A DNA stretch of 62,289 nucleotides, filler included. It is 4 parts of 4 records of this genome, joined end to end, with 100 filler letters (N's around TTAATTAATTAA, not from the genome) between each part and the next. Parts side by side here need not be neighbours in the genome. Positions count along the whole stretch, not along the records: positions 1 to 19,197 come from SRR20825019_2085; positions 19,298 to 37,604 come from SRR20825019_2089; 2 more parts are not named here. One strand, 5' to 3'. Positions 13,401 through 21,666 of the stretch are shown here, piece after piece; the first letter of the stretch is position 1; each line of letters opens with the position of its first letter. The position numbers and the translations under genes were made by a program. The notes beneath the pieces are model-generated. The model was not told where the DNA came from. It saw only the letters and a program-made list of their open reading frames with translations, and did no database searches.

Positions 13401-13681
13401 ACCTGTAGCGACGCACTCAACAAGACAGGCGACGGCGCACGAGCAGAATCTTGGGCCCCCGAAGGCAGCAAGGGCTGTTTGTCAGATGATGCCACCAATT
13501 CAGGCGACTGGCTTCCGATACTGCTACGAGAAGACATAGCGTCTGCAAATTCCTCGTCGTTGGCCGTCCGGAAAGAGGCTCGCGACGACGCCATGCTCGT
13601 CGTGGAATCACGTCCGCTCCGCGCCCTCTCTGACATGCCTCCAGAAGGGCCAAGGAGAGGAGTCCCCCCTGCTCCTTCCAT
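7490..13681 (-). CDS. Large leucine-rich-repeat protein (about 8 LRR+LRRcap modules) with C-terminal multipass membrane domain
   Basis: 2063-aa intronless ORF with many LxxLDLxxNxL repeats and recurring caps (NP...R...L..LD...I...ER..A). A Gly/Ala-rich segment is followed by FINFFQIFS..VEWP and numerous hydrophobic helices (approx. 7780-9120). Confidence 0.9.
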   Translation of the reverse strand: MEGAGGTPLLGPSGGMSERARSGRDSTTSMASSRASFRTANDEEFADAMSSRSSIGSQSPELVASSDKQPLLPSGAQDSARAPSPVLLSASLQVNSSTPTAPRTPITPIMRFRAAARLVMATQRLATHEMKFSQEGENSEDAKFRTLSRADVENPIEELVKFLSKKSKAGDKQKVPRGDLAVNPAAEDPLLDQIPGLEPVEFSVEDRDRLRRSIPFMRTTLARFRLGLIPARKDLDRAECIEGFEEFKNTKPTRKVRYIAIQDIVLPNKLLKGLGKQLSKFPNVEVLRLDNIGLSELKGLALPNLCYISLESNKISSASSLAKSLQPSSILQRIDVRGNPLCEKKKDWHLPLLARFQNLNILNGRVLSNQDRRIAVDETGSKAAKSTLPWRTWDFTLSHHPEVLRMTQWEPARIQTLNLKGCGLMSIQVGELVNLCQLDVSDNDIPSVMESGLEQCDNLWSLHLANNKIAKLDHCLPAIQLVPCLRDLTLEGNLVNEYRLKVIYATRNLRGLNRSQGLVKIDNVPVVIEERLAALRLIGKMKSAEVDYMRWTYNLIQYYGHHLVRMTSMSQSRAALQSVTVLKLNGRSLTVVEVASLPYLEVVDLRENELTNITGLSTLARLRVLDLAENRKLDRDNVLSQIMEVPSLCDFAMRPSDTASEKKLISFRKNLLEKLVHVLPRLSVLEGKAVTIDERIALYKKRDRMTLEEAENMRKDMALLVACTKPEARVYTPRMLPVGEQYSPAAIQELDLHNLGLASTSLFNVSAFKNLRVLDLSNNGLTALSSLGINDMADLVRLDISQNRFRCPLAEVADMINRLHLLQVVGLTPNPFMNEKNARTKLVALLKGVTDVQCPLRVVDSPLSIDERVAAKEKYSTDTAALDMFRFQITAASRIPETNRPERLTKIDLAGSDLRVIDLRQFKAVRCLFLQDNKLLTLEDCGLETLGDLEVIDLRNNNLRSFQDVYNILSKLPELVSVGLRGNPFSTEKKYEKFKSQFLTQFLPRLQNPAAKLRYLDQEEIALEDVLEIWKKEAKGGRTGSDNLDIFKFKVALKRRLPGDATYSEVDELNLSKAQLSHLDLAAFESLTKLSLANNSITAAQLKEGGVASLRMLKALDVRNNRIDDEDVFVDIVDNLPVLESIYLENNPMFTKNTSTNRYKFLGKLASVGSVEQPLKLLNGEVVLLNERIKAATSSKKCRLNDDEVEVLRFELVMRDLGHHESQATLEKIVLKNYELSIVVGLKKFTLLTHVDLSNNDIEDLGVQGLHELPELHALDIRNNNFKSLEVLVNDLEKLAKLRELFMMDSAPGTSKPKNYAPRVFNRLRAVSTIDGVHNPHPLTKDQWRAADFLYELAGVSPNALVDCNLSGQSLGSDWLMHCVQALAMLPVSTIVANENPWDANPNYRYLFIHNIRGLTLLDHIDINDEEKYNAEKLVRKLDGCDLVRHKVPFTGDRVLRDLQEQTPDAHRRSKSHRGRNLVIAGAAAAGVGAAGVGAGGVAAFVASGGAAAAAGAVAGGLDTGMWLTKFEVFINFFQIFSMINVLDVEWPDFWEKVRNVSMPFNFDMDMAWPTIKLTFPTFSRDVWVYSKFGFFMCLPPVLLFVYYVKMDRDVWLYRYVTHWRRTQFLMWFMFILALVFSAAISLLVDFPVSIERVMDHKLPSSYVFGATGAFWLLILIVFVWRYVAALIFRKYRRSTMFWYKVLKFKQKIALFLMTTLYLPITRIIVACFDVTYSADGKRRMAVLPEHDYPTSILDMHPLMIAAIPFIVLYIFGIPIFFTILVRKNMMRIFIGTGALKIIQKDIAKIRAGPKDGRKKALRDKQAEFDAVYAAAVRRYDSAQSYLYVAYEYRFRYYKTVQMAEKLFLLMIAMYLTEDTLEANSVSVYQTTFSLACVGAFFMLQVFNRPFLSPTEDGMDVASRLANVLNCTVAFLLACFHIGWFRSYAANVILVSVNTMLIVFIVGLVIGSPFVKFILDKRSKKTATSLEEQLMEMDILDGSQKESGNYGILSDDEIGLDDDYFGPTYTPPVDAKQGSSSGGMPTPTSTSKAGHLSSHKSQGSELV

Positions 13682-13829
13682 AACTCTCGCACCTCCGGGG
13701 TTCTATGTATCTGAGCGCTGGCATTACATATCTATGAGCACTGTAGCGGTTACTCCCAGTGGCGCCGGCGGTGGACGAACACTCGCGCCATTCTCGTAGA
13801 GCGGTGGACTACAAGCCAATACGGTGCGG

Positions 13830-14890
13830 TGATTGTTTGGCGTGGGCCGGAGTCAGCACGAGCGGCCCGGTGCTGCGAAGCTCTGCCGGAGCCCGACCAG
13901 ACTGACCAGACTGCGCCCCCCGTCTGAGAGTCTGGCCGCCAGCAAAGCTGGTGCCAGGCCCACAGCGGGCCCGCTGCGAGCGGCGGCGGCCGGGGGGTCG
14001 CCGCTCCGGCTGAATGCCGGTCGGGCCGGCTTGCCCCGGCCAGCCAGCCAGCCCGAGCCAGCCGGGGGTGGGCCGGACCCGCGACGAGACGGCCCCGCCG
14101 GCCGGGCCGGCCCGCGCCGGGGGAACCGTGTGACGCGCGTCAACCGGCAGGAAGGACTTCCGGCTTCCGTTCAGTTCAAGTTGCCCACCCGGCCGATGGG
14201 CAACTTGGAAGCCCCGGCGGCCTGAAGCCCGCCCGGCCGGCCGGCTGGTCGAAAGAAACGAGCTCCACTTCTAGTATACACGTGACCATTAGCAGCATAA
14301 GCCGATCCCATCCGATTCATCAGTCCGACGGCCCGGCAGCCCAAAACGTCGTCCCCCCGGCCTCCGTCCTCCCATGGCCGCGCCGGCAGCCCGAGTCCAC
14401 CCGGCCCCGGGTCAGTCGCGAGCCACCGCAAGCCGAAAGAATGATGCCGGCCGGGCCGGTGCCGGGGCTCCGCCGATCGCCGCACACTCCTGACTGTGAC
14501 GGAGGATCTGACGGCCATCATGATGCCATGGCCCACTGAGCAGCGCCCTCGTCCCAAAAGCATCGCACCATTCCGGGGTGTTGGCGCAGCAGGGCTCGAC
14601 TGTGGTCCCTGTTTGTGGCCGGCCCACCCAGGCTGCAGCGGCACGCATCACGTGGTTGGGTGGAGCCTTCCATTCGCGGTCGGATGGCAGGCCTAACGCT
14701 ATGCATGCACGGGCCACGAGTGATCACTGCTACGCTCCTCCTTGGGCCCGCAGGGTCCATCCCGGTCGGACGCGATGCCGGCCGGCCATCGGCCCCGCGG
14801 CCCCGGAGCAGTGGCCGGGGCCCACTGACTGCCGCCAAACGTACCACTCCGGTCCGCACTTGCCTCACTAGTCCCCCGTGACTCGGATGG
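13830..14890. promoter_or_regulatory. GC/CpG-rich non-coding island between divergent gene starts
   Basis: About 1 kb of very GC-rich sequence with only Pro/Arg/Gly/Ala-rich spurious ORFs, between the starts at 13681 (-) and 14983 (+); TATA-like CATATAAG/TTTATATG at about 14913-14933. Confidence 0.55.
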
Positions 14891-14982
14891 AACGACATCT
14901 GAGACTCACCTTCATATAAGTCTTATTTATATGGCAGACAAAGAATTTGTCACGCTTTCGACAGCTTTTGGTTGAACACAGA

Positions 14983-16437
14983 ATGCTTGGCCGTGTGTAC
15001 TGTGAGTTTACCGGCGAGGAGGTGCGTAGGGCCTTTCGTGTTGCAGAGGCGGCTATTGACTGTTTATATTAAAAGGGCGAGCCACAACCGCCCTCTAGAG
15101 CTGTGGCTTCCGTAGTAGTGGTTTCAGAACCTGAGCCGCTTCGTCGAAAGAGTTCGTCCAGGTCTGCAATGGTTGAGGCCGAAAGGGAACTGGAAGAGTT
15201 ATCGGAAGCCTTGAACCCTTCAGGAAAGTCTCTTCCCAAAAGTGATATTGCATTGTAAGGAAAACAAGCGGCTGCGGTGACGTTTTCTGAATCCGTTATT
15301 CAGATCGCTGCCGTCGCCTCGAGAGTCGCGGGAAGTTCCAGACTGGGCGTTGGAAATACTGCGGGTATTTGTTAAGGGGCATTTTACCGCTGGGGGATCA
15401 GGGGAGAAGAAGTACACTGTATATGAAATTGTTGTTTCGTGTAATGGCACAACGTGGACCGTGCACAGGAGGTTTAGTCAATTCGCTGACCTCCATAAGT
15501 TGGTAAGCGCATGCGGGGCACAACACGGCGGTTCCTAATACAACAGTAGCTCTCGAGCCACTACGGTCATAGATGCGCGATGCCCAAACTTCCGCCAAAG
15601 ACACTTTTTGGCAAAATGTCGGAAAAGGTAATAGAGAGTAGGAGGGAGCAACTGGACATCTACATGGGGAATCTTTTGGGAGATAGGGTTCTGCGCAAGT
15701 GCAGAAGTCTACAGGCTTTTTTGAATGTACAGGTGTGACAATGGGTTTCATATAAGTCAAGGTATTGTATTATCTGACAATGGTGCGCAGAGCTTTCAGC
15801 AGGACTTCTTGGCTACCCACTATGAAGATAGTGTCGCAGAAGATATGTAAACTTACGGAAATACCCTTGTCCATTCCCGGTTATGTCTTCATTGTCGACG
15901 CTTGGTCACCTAATCAGATTGTTCCTGATCCGTCTATTAAGTTGCTGCGTGCAGTGTGGAAGCTATCATCCGACTCCATCGTTTTGGACAGAGGCTTGCG
16001 CTGCTCATTCTTCGGCAAGTTTTCCTCGGATAAGGGAATGGGAACAGGTCGCAATTGCTCTGCAACTGTTTGGAGCTAAACGTATGTTAAACTTAGCTGG
16101 GGCACTCAGTCATCTTGTGCCTCACCTTTTCAATAGTCTTGCGCAAATCTGGGTGCGCGCTCTTAAAAATGTCTATGACTATCCCATGCAGTCTTCCCTC
16201 TCTCAAAGACGCAACAGCAGCTTTGTCGGCGGGACTCAGTCGGTCTTGGTCAACGAGCGGCCTATCATCAGGAGTCAGTCAACACCCTATCATCATTCTC
16301 TCAACTCACTCCATGAATCTCAAATACTCATTGTCATTGCCATTTCCGAAGTTCCTACTCCTATTCTCAAAGAATTCGGCAGCCTTTTTCACACGCTCGA
16401 TGGCCTCGTTCAGTATTTCCATGTCACCTACATATAA
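14983..16437 (+). CDS. PX (phox homology) domain protein, spliced; 3' end uncertain
   Basis: KKYTVYEIVV..WTVHRRFSQFADLHKL joins through intron 15503-15549 to LSSHYGHRCAMPKLPPKTLFGKMSEKVIESRREQLDIYMGNLL..SLQAFLNV, a complete PX signature. Further short introns are predicted upstream and downstream; start and stop are tentative. Confidence 0.75.
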
Positions 16438-18225
16438 CTTCTTATGGGAATTCCGCAGCATCCCAATGGTTATGATGTCAGTTCGCAGCTGAACTATGCG
16501 ATGCTCGACCTTCCACAAGTTGAGCTTTTCTCCAGTAGCCGTTGACATGGCCCTGCGAACATGATCTAGGGAACGCGATATTACCAACAATCGCAGCATG
16601 TACTTCCACAACTTCTTCAGGAGTTTCTTCTCCACTTTGAAGTTCGGCATGGGATCAATATGCTCACTACTTTCCGGAGCTTTCGGCTAGAATAGAGTTT
16701 AGAAACCGCCCATAATCACTTCTACATGAACACTTACCAACTGAAAATTGGCGAGGGCCTCCTCATAGAGTATCCATGTGTAGCCCTCAATAGCAGATAT
16801 CCGCTCAGCGAAGACACACGCACTCAAGTTCATCAATAACGTCCTCCACCACGCCCGGGCATACTTGTTAATAAAATGAATGCACGAGGGCTCTCGGGGA
16901 ACCTGTACTGCATAAGTACCGCTTCGTCAGATCTCATCCATTCGACTTACATGTAATCTGCGGAGAGCATCAATATTTCTGGCCTTCATCCACTCGTACG
17001 AGTCCCATTCCGACCGGCAAGAGGAATCCCGCGGTTGACATCTCAACTTCTTCCAATCGTCCACACTGGCCCACAGAGGGGAATCATCCATGTTTTTGGA
17101 AATCATAGCCATCAAGGATACACCGACACCCCAAGAGTCAACTGCAAAGAGAGCATCCTTGGAGGTGGGAGTGTCGCTGTAAGGAGCTTTCATTTGTCGA
17201 CAGTATTTGGAAAAGTTTTCGGGTGGCAAGAATGATTTGGTTCCCGTTTTCCCACATGAACTTTTGATATTTGGTGATTCCTTGTACAGACCGAAGTCGG
17301 CCACAACAACATCTTTCACCTTCCCGTCTTCTCTGATATACAAAATATTGGCCGGCTTGAGGTCTCTGTGCAATATGTTTTTCTACAACACACTTCAGCC
17401 ATAGCAACCACGACTTCAACAAACAAGGGATACCTTATTCAAATATGCAACTCCCGACAAAACCTTTCCTACAACAGTATACATTTCTTCTTCACTCATG
17501 GCGGGGTCTCCCGGCTGGCCTCCACCTAGAGCAGGGTCGTCCTGGAGTGCCTGGAAATCTCCATCATATAGCGGGTACAAAATGAAGTAGTCGCTACCGG
17601 ACTTAAATGCATCTACATAGTTTAGCAAGCTCTCTTTCCCTTTCAAGAACGGTTCCGATATACTTTCATCTTGAGAAGTGTCATGGATTGCATCGCAAGC
17701 TCCTTTCTCCATCGCCCACATTTCAGCCCTAAACTCTTCTCTAGATGTGAATTTTTTCTGAGCAAAAAATTCGTAGATAGGCGCATCGAAAACTTTCAAA
17801 GCGTATGGTATCCCAGTCTTCTCGTCCTGAACCAACCAAATCACCCCGAAACTCCCCCGATTTACCTCCCTTCGCTTTGCAAGAGTAACCTCTGAGCCGG
17901 TACTCCTATGGAAGGTTACTTCACTCTCACTATCACTCTCACTAAGGCTATTGGAAATCTCCAACAAGTTCAGGGCATAAGCATGGTGGTGTTCGGCTCT
18001 GGTGCGCTCGGCGTTGCTGGCACCTGAAGCTTTCAAGGAGGATATATATTTCTTGTGCTCAACACCACTGTCCAACTGACGCACAAGAGTATATCTTAAA
18101 CCTTTGTCAAAGTTTGTTACCGACATGCCGGGGAAGAGCCTGCCATGTCCAGCAAACTCGATAGAGTGAGAAAAAGCAACATAGGCCACCAGGAAAAGCA
18201 GTGTTGGGCGCAACATGCTGCTCAT
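16306..18225 (-). CDS. Ser/Thr protein kinase with N-terminal signal-peptide-like sequence, 3 introns
   Basis: Motifs RGSFG, YALK, HRDLKPANIL, DFG, GTKSFLPPE, DSWGVG and LLMNL..ERISA are joined in frame by introns 17383-17433, 16903-16950 and 16687-16737 (GT-AG on minus strand). N-terminus MSSMLRPTLLFLVAYVAFSHS. Confidence 0.85.
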
Positions 18226-18379
18226 AAACACCTAAGGCTTTTCTCAGAAGAGTACCTTGTGTATATGTTCTACTTGAGAAGATCTCACAGTAACATATGA
18301 GCTCTTAGAAGAATGATCAGGTTTTTGTGAAGGTTGGCACCAGCGCCGACTCGTAACCCATTCTATTTCCATGGCAAAG

Positions 18380-19197
18380 GCCCCGTCACCAAAGGCCCGC
18401 CAGTTGCCCACGGGCACCACAGGTCAGTGGTGATGGCACCCTCACCTCCGCCCCAGTCGAACTCCAACCATCGCTGAGCCGACTAGTGCTGCAAGTCTCA
18501 CGCCCCAGGCCCCGCGACGTGACCCGGTTCGGGGTGCAGTCTGGCCCGTCGCGGGCGCCGGCTGCCGGGCCGCGGCCCGCGTCACCCGGACGCGGGGGCG
18601 ACCACCGCCCCCCAACCCCGGCCGCGCGGCCGCAGGCCGGCCGGGTGCAGGGCACTCCTACGCGTGGCGCGCTGCCGGGGGCCCTGGCCGGCGCGCCGTC
18701 GCCCGCCGGCCGGCAGACTGGCGGTCGCCGGGCGGCGGGCCACGCCGTGCTGATCAGTCACTGAGTAGGGCGGCCTTGCTTGAGGATGGTCTCCCGTATC
18801 TCCAGGCAATGAGATCGATATCTGGAGAATTGAGATGTGTTTATCTCCTCAAACAGCTACCTCAGGCTGATCAGTCTGCGATCGGAGCCCACCAGTCAAG
18901 CCGGCCGCCGCACTCATCACCCGCCGTGGCTCCGGCGGCCAGCGGGCCCACGCCGGGGGGGGCCGGGCGCGCCGGTGACGGACCTCGCGACCGGGCGTGC
19001 CCGCCTGGGACCCGGCCGGCTCGCCGGCGGCCGCGGGCGCGGCGCGGCAGCTGCCGTCCGGCACTGCGTGACGGCCCTGTGATCAGCCGGCGGGCTACTT
19101 GGCCGGCGCGGCGCGGCGCACCGTTAGTGAGCGACCTCACCCGGCGAGCCGGCCCCGGTGGGACGGGAGTGCCGGGGGGGGGGGGGGGGGGGGGGGG
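18380..19197. promoter_or_regulatory. GC/CpG-rich island upstream of the kinase, with a lower-GC fold-back core; ends in poly-G at the contig edge
   Basis: Two extremely GC-rich arms flank a ~125-bp core (18749-18876); run of G at 19174-19197. Confidence 0.5.
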
Positions 19198-19297
19198 NNN
19201 NNNNNNNNNNNNNNNNNNNNNNNNNNNNNNNNNNNNNNNNNTTAATTAATTAANNNNNNNNNNNNNNNNNNNNNNNNNNNNNNNNNNNNNNNNNNNN
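19198..19297. other. Artificial contig-joining spacer
   Basis: 44 N + TTAATTAATTAA (stop codons in all six frames) + 44 N. Confidence 0.98.
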
Positions 19298-21483
19298 TCG
19301 TCCTCTTTGCTTTGGGTGGCGACGGACGCAACAGCTATCCGGGAGGAAAGGTTCTTGTGTTCATTGTTATTTAGGAAGTGCCGGGCTGTGGGATTGGACA
19401 TGAGAATGAACTCCTTGGCCCTTGCAAGTTGGTCGTGGGCATCGTGGGTGACAACCACTGTGTGCTGCCCACCCTGCGCATTTTGTCGAAGGCGGTCCTT
19501 GTCTGTGAAATCTGGAAGGCCCTCCTTGGCCTTTACACCCGCCATAGCCACATCCATCGACTGTTTGCCGAACCGTTTATTGTTCCTCCTCGCCCTATCC
19601 CTCTTCTTCTTCTCGGCATCCTCGTTGTCAATGAATCCACCGCCCGCAACGGCCCCCGATGTGGATGACTGCCCTACAATAAATGATGTGAACTCTTCCC
19701 ACGATACACCCCCATTGGCATCGACGTCGATATCTCTGAACCACTGCCGTAGGAGGGGCTCGGGAGGGGTGTAGGACTGGGAGGTAAGGAAGGAACCAAA
19801 GGCCTCTACAAAGCCGTCCTCATCCAACTCGTCAATGTCACCATCCTGCTCCCCTGCCATGGGCTCGGAGGAGTCATCGCTTGGAGGAGGGGTACCACCG
19901 CCCCACCATTCATCCCGCTTCTGTTGCCGTTCCTTCCACAGGGACGTAAACTGTTTACGCAGCTCTTCGGTGGAACTGGCATCGACCCCCTTCCTCTTCT
20001 GTTCGGCATGGACAGCCGACTGGGCCTCCTCCAACAGTAGGGCCATGCCCACCTCCTCACCCACGGCATCGCCCCCAACCAGCTGTCGGTGTTGGCGTAC
20101 TAACTCCTTCGTGTGGTGTTTCAAGGCTATGGTAGTACGGCGTGTCTCAGCACTTTTAAGGCCTGCCCTGGCATCCTTGTGGACAACACCCCCTTCCTCT
20201 GACCGACCCATTGCTAGGAGGTGCCGATACCGCTTGTTGGCATCCCGCAGCCTCTTATCCTTCTTGGACTGTCGTCGGAGGGTCTCGTTGTGTTTGTCCA
20301 ACTGTATGAGGGACTCCTCCACGACCCTAGTACCCTCCATGAGTGCAGTCTCCTTGGGGCTCTTCCCCAGCTCTTCGGGGGGCACAACGGGAAACCGCCT
20401 ACCCCAGTAGCCGGTACTGATACCTTCAATGGTGCTCTCGGGGTCGTGGTCCAACTTGAAGTCCTCATGGCGCTGCACCAACCGTTGGACGTCGTCATCC
20501 TCACCACGGGCTGCCCTTTCTGGAGACAGGCTACTAGAAGCGTCCTCTAGCACCCCCTGCTCATCGAGAGCAAGTATATGGGCGTCAGTGGGATCGAGGT
20601 CACTGTCCTCAGTATCAAGGGAATCGGTACTGGGGGAGAGGGGAGGACGTCGGCCGTTGTTGGTTGGGGAGTCTCCCCCAGGCGACCTCGTATCGGGGTC
20701 GGGACTATCGACGTTTCTGTACATTGAAAGGGCCTCCTTTCGCTTCTTTTCGTCGGCCTCCTGTCGTACTCGTATCCTTCGGAGTAGTTTCCTACCCAAT
20801 CGACGTTGGGCATGCTCATACTCTTGGTGCCTAGTGTCCCAACTGGGGCCGAGCTTAACTAGCCCCTGTGCCTCACTTCGGCGACGGGTGGGGGTGATAG
20901 AATGGACCACCTGCTCTACTAACTGATTATGGGAAGATGTTGAAATAGAATTTAAGTTGGTAATACTAAGACTAGATCGACGATCCTCGTGTAGGGTCTC
21001 CACGGAGAGGGGTACTATATGAGGAAGGCACCTGTCGATGGGGCTACCCACCACGGACATTCTTTGGGGGGTACCTACCGCATCGTGTTGGGACGGTAAT
21101 AACCTACCTGCAAGCACCTCCTTCCTCTTGGCCTCCATCTGTTGTAGTCGGGACTCGTGGTTGTTCTCTCTCTGCCTCTTACGGTGAGTCTCCTCTAAGA
21201 ACAGCTCCCGTTGGCCGGGGGCTTTAAGGAACAAATTACGCATGTCCTTGAGGCGACTAAGGGGAATAACTGGTCGGGCAGTACCGCTGTGGAAGGTGGG
21301 TGCAGCTACACAAGACACCACCAATCGCTGCCACAGGTTACGAGTGGGGGTAACACTGTCGTTCTCCTGCCGTACCCTCAGCAGTACTTTGGGAACCACC
21401 AAGGTGCTTACTTTCTGATTCCTGGGCCTCTCGTCGCCGTCGATCCCACTAAATGTCCTAGTGGTGGAAGTATGTTTGGGCAT
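19298..21483 (-). CDS. EF-hand-containing protein, 3'-truncated (EF-hand pair resembles the N-terminus of EFCAB8/WDR49-like WD40 proteins)
   Basis: LRQWFRDIDVDANGGVSWEEFTSFIV is a canonical EF-hand, preceded by ELDEDGFVEAF; ORF runs off the contig end. Confidence 0.7.
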
Positions 21484-21666
21484 TGTATATTATTTTTTTG
21501 AGAGTCTATTATTTAAAACTAAGAAAGGGTGGCGGGAGAGGGAGGTTAGTGGATAACAGTGTAAGTTCAAGGTAGCCAGTGAATGGAGTGTAAACAGTAG
21601 TGTAATTCAAATACAAATCGATACAAGAATGTGTGTAGGGAAAGAGGGAAGTGGAGGAGGAATAGA

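Noticed and set aside
14693..14702. CTAACGCTAT resembling the 5' part of the kinetoplastid spliced leader
   Set aside because: Only 10 nt, the rest of the SL exon is absent, and it lies on the intron-containing non-kinetoplastid contig
13833..14898. Cluster of 66-157-aa ORFs in the GC island
   Set aside because: Stop-codon depletion due to extreme GC; no consistent strand or protein-like composition
16927..18231. Kinase split into separate ORFs (pseudogene, frameshift or stop-codon reassignment)
   Set aside because: Short canonical GT-AG introns restore one frame; TAA, TAG and TGA all serve as normal stops on this contig
19174..19197. Poly-G run as a telomere or G-quadruplex element
   Set aside because: Located exactly at the contig end; most simply a sequencing or assembly break artefact
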